Source: Candidatus Hydrogenedentota bacterium (GTDB lineage Bacteria > Hydrogenedentota > Hydrogenedentia > Hydrogenedentales > SLHB01). From it: a stretch of 64,000 bases of DNA. Each line of letters starts with the position of its first letter. Within the stretch, counting starts at the first letter, position 1. A program made the position numbers and the translations under genes. The stretch covers positions 1 to 64,000 of the forward strand of contig BTVY01000032.1 in the NCBI GenBank assembly GCA_045863335.1. Reading direction: 5' to 3'. This document shows positions 1-10,543 of the stretch, in pieces. Under the pieces are notes generated by a model. The model saw only the letters and a program-made list of their open reading frames with translations. It was not told the origin of the DNA and did no database searches.

Positions 1-50
1 GCACCAAGCCTGTAACCAGTTGGAATTATTCAACTTTTAACCGGACACCA

Positions 51-335
51 GTGATAGTGCATACATTGTCTATCTTGATTCTCGTGTTGGACGGTACGAT
101 CCTGGCGCCCGACGCGTTTGGTTGGCCTGACCTATTCTTAATGGCAGTCGATTTCCCCTTGATTTTTGTCCACGTTGAACTCCCATTGACGTATTCACCA
201 CCGCTTTTTGTTCTCTACATCCTAGTCGTCGGCGGAATTCAATGGTTTCTTTTGGGTGCCCTTTATGGAACTACCAGCGGCTGGTTAATGCGCACGATGC
301 ACCGGGCACTGACCCAGGAAGGCCCCGTCACGTGA
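51..335 (+). CDS. Small hydrophobic membrane protein of unknown function
   Basis: 94-aa ORF with 2-3 hydrophobic segments. Its stop overlaps the GTG start of the next gene (GTGA). Confidence 0.45.
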   Translation: MIVHTLSILILVLDGTILAPDAFGWPDLFLMAVDFPLIFVHVELPLTYSPPLFVLYILVVGGIQWFLLGALYGTTSGWLMRTMHRALTQEGPVT

Positions 336-604
336 AACTTGCCCGTGTCGTCGCTCAGGTTATCGCCACCCAGAAGCACCCTTTCTACGAGGGGCAAAAG
401 ACGTTCATGGTGAAACATGTAAACCTCGAGCGCCAAGAGCAGGGCGCCCCCTTCGTCGCGGTGGACCGGGTTCAAGCCGGGGTGGGAGATTTGGTACTGT
501 TAATGCAAGAAGGCAGTTCCGCGCGGCACATGTTCAATGAACCCGAAGCGCCGGTGCGGAGTACTATAGTCGGTATCGTGGACCACGTGGAGTTGGCGGA
601 TTGA
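332..604 (+). CDS. EutN/CcmL family bacterial microcompartment pentamer (BMC-P) protein
   Basis: From GTG 332: MKLARVVAQVIATQKH...VAVDRVQAGVGDLVLLMQEGSSAR...RSTIVGIVD, the typical ~90-aa EutN/CcmL signature. Confidence 0.93.
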   Translation: MKLARVVAQVIATQKHPFYEGQKTFMVKHVNLERQEQGAPFVAVDRVQAGVGDLVLLMQEGSSARHMFNEPEAPVRSTIVGIVDHVELAD

Positions 605-1362
605 TGACAGAACTGGAACTTCGCAAGGTGATTTGCGAGGCGGGACGGCGGCTTTACGAGAAGAACCTCGTCGCCGCCACGGACGGGAATATCAGCGCGC
701 GCTTGGGTCCCAATCGGTATTTGTGCACGCCCAGCGGTGTCTCCAAGGGATACATGCATCCCCGAGACCTCGTTATCGCCGACGGCAAGGGCAACAAGAT
801 CGCGGGCGAGGGAAAGGTCACTTCCGAGTTCTTTACCCATTTGGCGGCCTACGAGGAGCGCCCCGAGATGAGCGCCGTCGTGCACGCCCATCCGCCTAAG
901 GCTATTGGGTTTACGCTGGCGGGGGTGTCCCTCGCCGACTGCGTCCTGCCCGAGGTCGTGTATACCATCGGAGGCGTGCCTACCACCGAGTATGCCACCC
1001 CGGCCACCCCGGAAGGCGGCAAAGTTATCCGTGAACTCATTCGCCAGTGTGACGCAGTACTCATGGACCGCCACGGGGCCTTGACGATTGGAGTGAGTGT
1101 AATTGATGCGCTCCACAAGATGGAAAAGATCGAGCATGCAGCGGAAACGCTGCTGACGGCCCACCTCTTGGGGAGAGTTCGCCGGCTCGAACGCGACGAG
1201 GTCCAGAAGCTTTACCAGGTTCGGGACGCCTACGGTGTGTCCGGAAGAGCCTTCAAGTGCGCGGAATGCGGGTGTACGGAACCAGCGCCTGAATCGTCCA
1301 GTAGCTCGGATGCACTGGATTGCGCGGTGGCCGAAACCTTGGATGTGCTGGGTCGCGGGTAG
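604..1362 (+). CDS. Class II aldolase/adducin family protein (fuculose/rhamnulose-phosphate aldolase-like, BMC-associated)
   Basis: Motifs GNISAR, TPSG, SE..TH, VVHAHP and HG. Coupled to the BMC-P gene and carries a C-terminal extension. Confidence 0.92.
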   Translation: MTELELRKVICEAGRRLYEKNLVAATDGNISARLGPNRYLCTPSGVSKGYMHPRDLVIADGKGNKIAGEGKVTSEFFTHLAAYEERPEMSAVVHAHPPKAIGFTLAGVSLADCVLPEVVYTIGGVPTTEYATPATPEGGKVIRELIRQCDAVLMDRHGALTIGVSVIDALHKMEKIEHAAETLLTAHLLGRVRRLERDEVQKLYQVRDAYGVSGRAFKCAECGCTEPAPESSSSSDALDCAVAETLDVLGRG

Positions 1363-1678
1363 CAGATTACGGCCTGCAACTTTTGCACATTAAACGGAAT
1401 TAAGCGTATATAGAGAGTTACTAGTTTGCGAAAGAATCGCTTGTTTTTTTGGGGGAACTCCGGTACTATAAGCATGTTACAGGCAGAATCGGGGCGGCGT
1501 GCGCGCGGTAAGGTATTGAATTGATGATGGTTAGCAGGGGCGCGCGCTCCCGGGTGCGAGCCCGTTGTGCAATTTACCGAATGGTGTAGAATGGCACGAG
1601 AGGATCTCGTGTAAAGCGATACACGAACGCAGGCGCAGGTGTCGAGGGCGACCTTCGGCGAGTCAGGAGATTCTTACA

Positions 1679-2743
1679 GTGGATTCCGGCGGTCCCAGAA
1701 ACAACGAGAAGATGCGGCTCTGCCCGAGTTGCCGCATGGAGATCAGCGTCCTCGCGGTCAAGTGCAGATTCTGCGGGGAGAGCGTAGGCCGGCCACGCGA
1801 CGAAACGCGCTCTCTTACCATCGACGATCTCGGCGGTGAAACCATCAAGCACTATGCGCCGTCCAGCAGCGTCATGGAAGCCATGGAGGCCTTCCGATCC
1901 GAGACGGAATTCAAGAGCAATCCCCCGGAAGATGCCACCGCCAAGCGGTCCATTTTCGGCATCGGCAGCAAGAAGAGTAAGACGGACTCGAACGCTCCGG
2001 CGAGAGACCCGAGTATGCCCGAACTCGACGAGCGTAGCCAGGCGCTCGCGTCCATCGTCCTGCCATCGTCGCCGCCCTCATACTCCCGGCCCGCAATCCA
2101 GCAGCAGCCTTCTTGGATCAAGAAGGTCGGCGTGTTTGCCGGCCTGGTCGCGGCGATTGTCCTCCTTTACATCGGGGGCGGCCAGGTCATCGCGTATATC
2201 AACCGGGAACCGGAACTCCCTGAACGGTTGCTTCGAAACCCCGCGGCAGCCATGCTGGAACAGAATCAGGATCCCCTCGCAACCTTGCAGGAGGCGGTGA
2301 ACGCGCTGCGGAAGGAAGAGCACCCCGAGAACCGCGCCATCCTGGAGAAAGCGCGCGGTCGGGTGATCGAACTCATTCGGTCCGCCCAGTATCCGGACCA
2401 GTGGAGCGAAGACGACCTTGCGCACGCGTCCCGGCTGGCGAACCAGGCGTTCCGGATCGATCCCGCCCTCGCGGAGATGAAGGAAGAAGTAGACGCAGAC
2501 ACTTTTGCATATCGCATGGTTCTGCGTAACGTGCAGGGAGATACCGCCACGTTTCAGCTTAGTCCGCGGTCCGGGCAGACCGAAACGGGGTCCAGCATAA
2601 CGGTACGCCGCGGAGATTTGGTGCAGGATCGGTTTGAAGTGGTCGACATTCGGGGGAATTCCGTCCAGGTGCGCGATACCTTGCGCCAGGACCGGCTGCT
2701 GACGTACTCCGTGGGCGCGAACACCCAGATTACCTCCCCGTAA
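1679..2743 (+). CDS. Hypothetical membrane-anchored protein with N-terminal zinc ribbon
   Basis: CPSC...CRFC zinc ribbon and one central TM helix. GTG at 1679 follows AGGAGA (track start 1565). Confidence 0.75.
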   Translation: MDSGGPRNNEKMRLCPSCRMEISVLAVKCRFCGESVGRPRDETRSLTIDDLGGETIKHYAPSSSVMEAMEAFRSETEFKSNPPEDATAKRSIFGIGSKKSKTDSNAPARDPSMPELDERSQALASIVLPSSPPSYSRPAIQQQPSWIKKVGVFAGLVAAIVLLYIGGGQVIAYINREPELPERLLRNPAAAMLEQNQDPLATLQEAVNALRKEEHPENRAILEKARGRVIELIRSAQYPDQWSEDDLAHASRLANQAFRIDPALAEMKEEVDADTFAYRMVLRNVQGDTATFQLSPRSGQTETGSSITVRRGDLVQDRFEVVDIRGNSVQVRDTLRQDRLLTYSVGANTQITSP

Positions 2744-2987
2744 GAATGTCGATTCGCACGCGGGATGCCGCCGGTCCGGCGCGTGTGCCACATTCCGTGA
2801 ATCCCTAATCCGCTCTGTGGTAAGATTCGCCCGCTTGTTCAGTATCATTGTCGCCGCTTACGAACGATTCAAAACCAGTTGCGCATGAAACGTTACCCGC
2901 GACGGGGTCACCGCCTCCCGGGAAATCGGGTATCGATGAAGCACGTCCGGGCGGTGAAAAATGTGGGATAGGAGCCCTTCGACACTC

Positions 2988-3599
2988 ATGATGAAATCTA
3001 AACCGATCCTGTATTCATCCGTACTGCTCTGCGTCCTCCTGGTGGCGCCGTCGTGCTCGCGTTTCGGTGGCGGAGGCAGCGACGCTGCGCCGGCCATGGT
3101 ATCCGAGACCGTTTCCAAGGAGACGCGCGAAGCGGAATTGCGGAACTTGGCGGGCGAATACATCCGTCAGACGGGCGGTGAGGAAGGTCGAGGCCAGGTC
3201 ATCAAGCGGAACCCCTACTACTACAAGGAATACTCCCTCTATCCGGAAGGCGCGTCGAACCTGACGGTGGACATCCAGGAGAAAGAGTCAAGAACCGTAC
3301 CCTACGTCGGCCAGGTCGAAGTCAGCAAGCAACGCTTCGCAACGCGACTCCATCGGAAACGCGACGAAGCCTCGGCTGATTCAAACTTCCTCAGAGACAC
3401 CGGCACGGAGACGATAACCTTTGAACTTCGCAGCCAGCGCTGGGTTCGCGTGGGCAGTCTGTTTGTCGCGGAACGAACGGAAGAACTCGTGAACGGCGAA
3501 TGGGTGCCTGCGCAGGAAGAAGTCGAGCGCACGGTCGCCGAAGAGGAGACGGACGGCAACTGGTTCCAGCGTGCTTGGTCCTCCATCACGGGCCGGTGA
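2988..3599 (+). CDS. Hypothetical lipoprotein
   Basis: Signal peptide MMKSKPILYSSVLLCVLLVAPSC ending in a lipobox-like Cys. Confidence 0.7.
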   Translation: MMKSKPILYSSVLLCVLLVAPSCSRFGGGGSDAAPAMVSETVSKETREAELRNLAGEYIRQTGGEEGRGQVIKRNPYYYKEYSLYPEGASNLTVDIQEKESRTVPYVGQVEVSKQRFATRLHRKRDEASADSNFLRDTGTETITFELRSQRWVRVGSLFVAERTEELVNGEWVPAQEEVERTVAEEETDGNWFQRAWSSITGR

Positions 3600-3715
3600 G
3601 GCTCGGCCATGGCGCGCTGGCATACGCGACATATCGAGCGGGTGCTTCAAAGCGACGACCGGCACGATGCGCGCAATCGGTTGCAGGCCAGGTTTACTAG
3701 CGGCCGGACTCCGCG

Positions 3716-5056
3716 ATGACCGGCGTGGGGGACAGTGTGGCGCGGCGATGGGGGTACCTGGAGCGCCTTATTATCGTGGCGGCCGCGTTGCTCGCCCTTT
3801 GGGAAGCGAGCGACGGGGTCAAAGGTGACCACGCCGTAAGCCGGCTCGCCAGCGTCTACAGCCTCACGGCGTACGGCTCCTGGTTTATCGACAACCCTGA
3901 TGGATCGACTCCAAACCCCTTCGAGTCGCAGACCATCGACAAGGTCATGGTCCGGGGTGAAATTGCCGACGGCGTGATACGCGGCGGCCGTATCATCTCG
4001 AGCAAACCGCCCATGCTCCCCCTTATCATGACCGGCGAATACCTTGTAATGCGGTCGCTGGCGGGGTGGGATCTCAACGACGAGCCGGACTTGCCCCGCA
4101 TTGTATTCGTCATGACGCTGACATTGGTCGGGGGCGCCTATCTCCTGACCCTGGTGTTCTTCTGCAAGACGATGACGCTCTTGTCCATTCGGCCCGCCGT
4201 CCGCGTCTACCTCCTGATTGCCCTGGCGTTTGGGACGCAGTTCTGGGGGTTCAGCGGGAAGCTGAGCAACCATGTGCCTGCCGCCGGGTTGTTGGTCGTG
4301 GCCATTTACTTCGCCTTGGGCCTTGCAGGTGGCTTGCACGCGCCGAAACCCTGGCGATTCATGGCTTTTGGACTCGCGGGCGCGTTGACCGCCACAATCG
4401 ATCTGCCGATGGCTGTGTTCGTCGCCCTCGCCGGCTTTCCGCTCCTGATACGGTTTCCCGGGAGGACGGTACTCTGGGTGGGCGTGAGCGCCGGCAGCGT
4501 TCTCGCGGTTCATTTCGCCATCATGTTTTCCGTCACCGGGAGTCCGCTCCCCGTGCAAGTTCGCAAGGAAACCTACTTCTTTGAGAACGCCTACTGGCGC
4601 CATCCCATGGGCATCGATGCGCTCAGCGAGCCGAAACTAGCCTACCTCTTTCACATCTTGATCGGTCGCGCGGGAATCTTCTCCCTCTATCCTGTGCTGC
4701 TCGCAGGAGTGGCGGGGGCCGTTGCTGCCCTTCGGCGCCCGCGTCAGGCTTGGCGTACCGCGATCTTACTCGGTGGCGCCGGGTTTTTGTTCCTCGTGTA
4801 TTACTACGTATCGAGGACAAACAACTACGGGGGCGAATCCTACGGATTTCGGTGGTTCATTGGTGCGATGCCCATTCTACTGCTCATGGGTGCTCCACTC
4901 CTCGACCGACTGCGCAAACGATGGCATTGGGCATTTCTTCTGGTGTTGCTCGCGGTATCGCTCTACTCGGGTTGGGAGTGTGCGCAAATCGACTGGGAAT
5001 CGGGCCGGGAGTGGACGTCGCGCATCTTTGGTCCGGCTTACTATCACATCCCTTGA
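3716..5056 (+). CDS. Polytopic membrane protein, GT-C-fold glycosyltransferase-like
   Basis: About 11 TM helices, a loop after TM1 with DHAVSR...IDK...SSKPP, and GG.SYGFRWF near the C-terminus. Confidence 0.65.
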   Translation: MTGVGDSVARRWGYLERLIIVAAALLALWEASDGVKGDHAVSRLASVYSLTAYGSWFIDNPDGSTPNPFESQTIDKVMVRGEIADGVIRGGRIISSKPPMLPLIMTGEYLVMRSLAGWDLNDEPDLPRIVFVMTLTLVGGAYLLTLVFFCKTMTLLSIRPAVRVYLLIALAFGTQFWGFSGKLSNHVPAAGLLVVAIYFALGLAGGLHAPKPWRFMAFGLAGALTATIDLPMAVFVALAGFPLLIRFPGRTVLWVGVSAGSVLAVHFAIMFSVTGSPLPVQVRKETYFFENAYWRHPMGIDALSEPKLAYLFHILIGRAGIFSLYPVLLAGVAGAVAALRRPRQAWRTAILLGGAGFLFLVYYYVSRTNNYGGESYGFRWFIGAMPILLLMGAPLLDRLRKRWHWAFLLVLLAVSLYSGWECAQIDWESGREWTSRIFGPAYYHIP

Positions 5057-5172
5057 CACTGATCCGCTGGAACTAAGAAGGAAAACCTTGTGTCCCGGTC
5101 ATGTAAACCTCCGATCCGTTTCGTGATTTAATTGATTTTGCGCCGCGATTACTTCGATAGAGCCGGAAATAC

Positions 5173-5201
5173 TTGACATATAGCACAGAGGCCAGTAGTC
5201 T
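5173..5201 (+). promoter_or_regulatory. Putative sigma70 promoter upstream of the kinase pair
   Basis: TTGACA-17 nt-TAGTCT. Confidence 0.4.
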
Positions 5202-5434
5202 GGTTCTGGCTGGCTCATGATTCGCGGTTCGATTGCCGCTCCTCCGCGCACGACGGAGAGCGGATGTCAATGCCGGTTGAGAATCGTTTGCTTCTGGTTA
5301 AGCTCGCATCGGTTGGGGTAGGTGGTCTTGATAAAGTGTGCTGTGTCTGGCCGCGATTTCCCTATGGTCGTCATCTCGGAATCCACCACCCTTAAAGGGA
5401 TATGTTTTCTGGACGCGGGCATGAGGTGGAAATC

Positions 5435-6841
5435 ATGACCACCGAACGCAAAGTTACCGTTGGTTTTGCGATTGGTGTCGCGTTCATGGTCGCCTTGGGA
5501 AGCACTGCCTGCTGGAGTGGGTGGCAACTTTATCAGAGCGCCCAGTTGCTGGACCACGCGTACGAAGTCCTGCGTGGCATTGAAGATCTCCACATCCAGC
5601 TTCTCCGTCTGGAAAGCCAAGTTCGCGGCTTCGCGCTCGGAGATGCTGAGTCGTCGCTTGATGGTTATACGGATACATACGACGCAATTATGGCGCGGTT
5701 GGAAGAACTGAGCGGATTAACGAAGGAGCATCCCGCCCAGACGGAACGCCTTGCGCTTCTCACGCCGAAGGTTCACGACAAGATTGCATTCATGAATACC
5801 ATGATCGAGGCCCGTAACCTGGGGGGCGCCCCTCAGGTAAGCGCGTTGGTTGTCTCCGGCGAAGGCACCCGGCTGATGCGGGAATCCGTCGAACTCATCC
5901 ACGCGTTCGAAGAAGAAGAACGCAGTCTTCTTGCCGAACTCAACGAAAACGCCCTTGTGGAAGGCGTACGAACCTTCACACTGGTCACCTGTGGATGGCT
6001 GGTTGCTTTCATTTGGGCGGCGATTTCGGGTGTTTCCATTCACCGGGACCTGTCGGCGCGGCGGAGGATGGAGCGGGCATTGCAGGACAGCAACACCGCT
6101 TTTGCCTTGGTCAACGCACAACTCGAGGCGAGCAACAAGCAATTGGAAGCGTTTTCCTATTCGGTATCCCACGATTTGCGGATGCCGTTGCGCGCGATTG
6201 AGGGGTACTCCCAAATGCTTCTCGAAGATCATCGGCATGCCTTGGATGACGAGGGACGTCGGTTGTTGGGTGTGGTGCGTTCCAGCGCGGAGGATATGGA
6301 GAAGTTGATTCGTGATTTGCTGGAGTTTTCGCGACTCGGCAGGCAGCCGCTCACGCTCAAGAAGGTAGACATGCAAGAGATTGCCGAACAAGCGTGGAAG
6401 GAGGTGTCTGCCGCCAACCCCATTGCCGCGGCCGAAGTCGCCATTGACGATCTGCCGACGGCCCGTGGCGACGCAAACCTGCTCCGGCAGGTCCTTGTGA
6501 ACCTCCTGTCCAACGCGGTCAAGTTCTCGCGTGACGCCGAATCGCCGCGCATTCACGTGGGCGCGCGCAGAGAGAACGGAGCCGTTGTGTACTATGTTGA
6601 AGACAAGGGCTGCGGCTTTGATATGCGCCACGCGGACAAGCTCTTCAAGGTGTTTCAGCGGCTCCATCGACGGGAGGAGTACGAAGGGTCGGGCGTAGGC
6701 CTTGCCCTCGTTCACAACATTATCCGCCGCCATGGCGGAAGGGTCTGGGCCGCCGCTGAACGAGGCCAGGGGGCCACGTTTTACTTCACGCTTCCCGCGC
6801 AATCGAATGCGACGCACGCAAACGGCGGGCCGGTATCGTGA
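5435..6841 (+). CDS. CHASE3-domain sensor histidine kinase
   Basis: TM-CHASE3 (ESQVRGF)-TM, H-box FSYSVSHDLRMPL, N-box NLLSNAVKF, G boxes DKGCGF and GSGVGL. Confidence 0.93.
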   Translation: MTTERKVTVGFAIGVAFMVALGSTACWSGWQLYQSAQLLDHAYEVLRGIEDLHIQLLRLESQVRGFALGDAESSLDGYTDTYDAIMARLEELSGLTKEHPAQTERLALLTPKVHDKIAFMNTMIEARNLGGAPQVSALVVSGEGTRLMRESVELIHAFEEEERSLLAELNENALVEGVRTFTLVTCGWLVAFIWAAISGVSIHRDLSARRRMERALQDSNTAFALVNAQLEASNKQLEAFSYSVSHDLRMPLRAIEGYSQMLLEDHRHALDDEGRRLLGVVRSSAEDMEKLIRDLLEFSRLGRQPLTLKKVDMQEIAEQAWKEVSAANPIAAAEVAIDDLPTARGDANLLRQVLVNLLSNAVKFSRDAESPRIHVGARRENGAVVYYVEDKGCGFDMRHADKLFKVFQRLHRREEYEGSGVGLALVHNIIRRHGGRVWAAAERGQGATFYFTLPAQSNATHANGGPVS

Positions 6842-6892
6842 TGCGACGGGTCAAGCAGCGCCGTTCCGCATCATTCATGGGGAGCGCGTTTC

Positions 6893-9262
6893 ATGGCGAG
6901 CGGTAGTTCTGCCATTCCCCTCCACGTGCTGTTGCTGGAGGATGTGTCCACCGACGCCGAGCTCGTGCTTCGCGCACTTCGCAATGACGGTCTTGATGTG
7001 CGCCATGTGCATGTCACCAACCGCGATGACTTCGAGCGCGCCCTGAGTGAACTGGAGCCGGACATCGTCCTCTCCGACTTCAGTCTCCCGGACATCAATG
7101 GGATCGAAGCATTCGAGCTGGTGCGCGCGGTTCGCCCGGACGTGCCCTTTATCGTTGTTACCGCGTCCATCGACGAGGTGACCGCCGTTCGTTGTATGCG
7201 TCTTGGCGTGAACGACTACGTACTGAAAGACCAGTTGCTGCGGTTGGGTCCCGCGGTGCGCGCCGCGTTGGAACGACGCGAGCGGGAACGCGTGAGTCGC
7301 CAGGCGGAGTTGGCCCTGGAGGAGCACGAAGCGCTGCTCCAGGGGATACTTCGGTCCATGCCCGCACGAATCGCCGCGCTGGACGGCGAGGGCCGCATCG
7401 TTACTGTGAATTACGCGTGGCGCCAGTACTGTGCTGGTCCAAATCCCGTCGGGTCGACTGACGTTCAAATTGGAGAGGACTATATCGGCATCTTAGCGAC
7501 GGCCACGGATCCGCAGGAGGATCCGCCCATCGATCACAAAGGGATCCGCGATGTCCTGGAAGGTCGCCGGGAGCTCTTCGCGCAGGAATACCGGGTCGTC
7601 AGGCCCGGTCTGTCCGAAGCCTGGTTTCAGATGACGGTTTCCCCTATGGACAGCCCGGACGGAGGCTGTATTGTCTGTCATCACGATATCACGACACTCC
7701 GTGTCGCCGAGGCGCGCAACCGGCAACTGGAAACCCGGTACCGCCGGTTCTTCGAGGACGATATATCCGCCAACGTCATGCTGTCGGTGGATGGTAGTAT
7801 CGGAGACTGCAATCCGGCCTTTCTTGCGATTTTCGGTTTGGAGTCAGTCGAGCAGGCGCGCGCAATCGGAATCGACGATCTGTTTGTGGACGCGGGAAAC
7901 TGGCACGAAGTCGTCCGCCTGCTGCGAAAAGAAGAACGGCTCCTGCACCACCGGTTGCAGATGCGCACCCTGGAAAGCAGGGAGCTGTGGGTTATCGGCA
8001 ATTTCGTCCGCTCCTGTGACATTCATGGCAATCTGACGGAAATCCGCGGGTACCTCATTGACGAAACCGCCCTGCGCGATCTCGAAGGTCAGTTCCTCCA
8101 AGCCCAGAAAATGGAGGCCATCGGCCAACTCGCGGGCGGGGTCGCGCACGATTTCAATAACCTGCTGTCTGCGATTCTGGGGTACGCCGATCTCGCCATG
8201 ACAACGCTTGGCGAGGATCACCCCGTGAGCGAAGATCTGATGATGGTGCGCAAAGCCGGCGAGCGGGCAACCGCGTTGACCCGCCAACTCCTGGCGTTCA
8301 GCCGGCGTCAAGTATTGCAGCCGGTCGTGCTCGATGTGAACTACACGATCCGCGAACTGGAGAAAATGCTGCGGCGACTCATCGGCGAAAACATTGATTT
8401 CGTTACGATACTTGCCGAGAACGTGGGCAAGGTCAAAGCGGATGCCGGGCAGTTGGAGCAGGTCATCATCAATTTGGCGGTGAATGCGCGCGATGCCATG
8501 CCTCGTGGCGGGCGGTTCGCGATTGAAACCTGCGATATCGATCTCGGTCCGAACTATGCCCGCGAAAACCTGAACGTCCTGCCGGGCCCCTACGTGTCTA
8601 TCGCGATTAGCGATAGCGGGTGCGGAATGGATTCGGCCACGAAAGCAAGGATATTTGAGCCTTTCTTCACCACGAAACCGGAGGGAAAAGGAACCGGTCT
8701 CGGTCTATCCACGGTTTACGGTATCGTGAAGCAGAGTGGCGGAAACGTCACCGTTTATTCGGAGGTCGGTAAAGGCACCACCTTCAAAGTCTATCTTCCG
8801 CGCGTCGACGAGGACGCCCTCAATGCGGTCGAGGCGCCGACGAAGCAAGTGCCGATTCGCGGCGATGAGACCATTTTACTCGTGGAAGACGACGACGGCG
8901 TTCGAACCTTGACGAAGCGTGTTCTCGTCACTCGGGGATACACTGTTCTCGAATCTCGAACCGGCGACGGCGCGGTTCGGGTCGCTGAATCCTACCCGGA
9001 CACGATACACCTCTTGCTTACCGATATCGTTGTTCCCGGAATATCGGGCACTGAAGTCGCCGAGACGGTGCGCCGCTTGCGCCCGGAAGTTCGCGTCGTC
9101 TTTATGTCCGGGTACACGGGCACGGCCGCGCTGTTTCAAGGTCCGGTCGGCAAGAAGGCCACGTTCATCCAGAAACCTTTCACGCCGGATTCGCTGTGCA
9201 AGATAGTCCGGAAAACGCTGGATGCGCCCGCGGCAAGGGAAACTCCAGAGCGCCAAGACTGA
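6893..9262 (+). CDS. Hybrid sensor kinase REC-PAS-PAS-HisKA-HATPase-REC (CckA-type)
   Basis: N-terminal receiver, [42 protein letters not shown] and a C-terminal receiver. Confidence 0.95.
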   Translation: MASGSSAIPLHVLLLEDVSTDAELVLRALRNDGLDVRHVHVTNRDDFERALSELEPDIVLSDFSLPDINGIEAFELVRAVRPDVPFIVVTASIDEVTAVRCMRLGVNDYVLKDQLLRLGPAVRAALERRERERVSRQAELALEEHEALLQGILRSMPARIAALDGEGRIVTVNYAWRQYCAGPNPVGSTDVQIGEDYIGILATATDPQEDPPIDHKGIRDVLEGRRELFAQEYRVVRPGLSEAWFQMTVSPMDSPDGGCIVCHHDITTLRVAEARNRQLETRYRRFFEDDISANVMLSVDGSIGDCNPAFLAIFGLESVEQARAIGIDDLFVDAGNWHEVVRLLRKEERLLHHRLQMRTLESRELWVIGNFVRSCDIHGNLTEIRGYLIDETALRDLEGQFLQAQKMEAIGQLAGGVAHDFNNLLSAILGYADLAMTTLGEDHPVSEDLMMVRKAGERATALTRQLLAFSRRQVLQPVVLDVNYTIRELEKMLRRLIGENIDFVTILAENVGKVKADAGQLEQVIINLAVNARDAMPRGGRFAIETCDIDLGPNYARENLNVLPGPYVSIAISDSGCGMDSATKARIFEPFFTTKPEGKGTGLGLSTVYGIVKQSGGNVTVYSEVGKGTTFKVYLPRVDEDALNAVEAPTKQVPIRGDETILLVEDDDGVRTLTKRVLVTRGYTVLESRTGDGAVRVAESYPDTIHLLLTDIVVPGISGTEVAETVRRLRPEVRVVFMSGYTGTAALFQGPVGKKATFIQKPFTPDSLCKIVRKTLDAPAARETPERQD

Positions 9263-9266
9263 CGTT

Positions 9267-9698
9267 TCACCAGTCTGGAAACGGTTTCTTCATCCAGGTG
9301 TTGATGACGTGCTCGTATTCGGCGGCAAACTCACTGGTGACCGGCAAGTGTTTGGCCCGTGCTTCAATCCTCTTGAAGATGATTCCCGCTACCAGAAGCA
9401 CTGCCGAAGGCACGAAGATGTAGAACACCTCCGCGAGCTGCAATACATTCACGTACAAGCCGATTCCAAGCGCCGGATAGGGAATGATCAGAAACCCGAT
9501 CTGCGCGAGGGCGGCGTACATCTGACTGGACACGATTCGTTTGAAGCGCTCCATATCCTGCCACGTTGCGATGCGGGGCGAAGTCGCGAGATAGCTGCGA
9601 AGTTCATTGCCAAACCAGAGGCAATTGAGTATCCCCACGCAGGGCATCCCGATCATGAGTCCGAGCAGCAGGTCGTGAAGGAACTGATCGTCGGGCAT
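9267..9698 (-). CDS. Hypothetical membrane protein
   Basis: 143 aa with 3 hydrophobic segments, preceded by an AGGAG RBS. Confidence 0.7.
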   Translation of the reverse strand: MPDDQFLHDLLLGLMIGMPCVGILNCLWFGNELRSYLATSPRIATWQDMERFKRIVSSQMYAALAQIGFLIIPYPALGIGLYVNVLQLAEVFYIFVPSAVLLVAGIIFKRIEARAKHLPVTSEFAAEYEHVINTWMKKPFPDW

Positions 9699-9730
9699 GC
9701 GTCGCTTTCTCCTCCTTAGGAAGGCGGCGG

Positions 9731-10543
9731 TTATTGCAGCTTGGCGATTCTCAGGTATCGCAGACTTGCAACGGTGTTCTTGCCGGTCTCCAGCGCGTAC
9801 GTCAAGGGGAGCCCCGTGCCGGCCAGTTTGGAGAGTGCCCGCGGGAGGTCGAGAACGCCTTGGCCGAGGCCAAGATGGTCGTCAAGCACGCCATGGCAAT
9901 CGTTCAGATGGATGTGCCGGAGGTTATCGCCGAACGCGTCGATCCACGCGCCAATGTCGAGATCGGAGTGAATCTCGGCATGGGCTACGTCCAGACAGAG
10001 CTTGAACCACGGAGAATCCAGCTTTTCCACCACGCGGCACATGGGGTCCGGCGTATCGTCGAACATGTTTTCCACGTACACCGGAATCTTGCGATGTTCC
10101 GCTTCTTCGACGATCTCCGGCCAGAACCGCACGCTGTACTCATGGTACATCGACTGGTACACGGGCACGCGGATGATGGGATTGTATTGACTATGAAAGA
10201 GGAGGTATTCCGCGCCGAGCGCTTCGGCAATATCGAAGGCCTGGAGATAGCGGACGCGGCACACTTCCATGATCTCGGGATCGGAACTGTAGTGCGTCAT
10301 GTCAATGAATGGGCCGTGACAGCCGACAGGACCCTTGATCGATTCGAGCCGCTTCATCATGCGCTGCAACGCCGCAGTCGAATCCTTCGAGAGGTACTCG
10401 GGCAGACCGAAGATCTGGATCTCGCAGCCGAGTCCATAATCGCGCGCGCACTTCAATTCGTAATCGACGTGATTCGTGACCGCAACCATCAACCGTTTAC
10501 GGGGTAAGAGTGGGTGCTTCTTGCTCTTCTTCGTGCTCGGCAT
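9731..10543 (-). CDS. Sugar phosphate isomerase/epimerase (AP endonuclease 2 TIM barrel) family protein
   Basis: HGPF.D, VENM, LCLDVAHA, HIHLND..G..DDHLGLGQG. The likely ATG at 10543 overlaps the end of mltG. Confidence 0.88.
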   Translation of the reverse strand: MPSTKKSKKHPLLPRKRLMVAVTNHVDYELKCARDYGLGCEIQIFGLPEYLSKDSTAALQRMMKRLESIKGPVGCHGPFIDMTHYSSDPEIMEVCRVRYLQAFDIAEALGAEYLLFHSQYNPIIRVPVYQSMYHEYSVRFWPEIVEEAEHRKIPVYVENMFDDTPDPMCRVVEKLDSPWFKLCLDVAHAEIHSDLDIGAWIDAFGDNLRHIHLNDCHGVLDDHLGLGQGVLDLPRALSKLAGTGLPLTYALETGKNTVASLRYLRIAKLQ

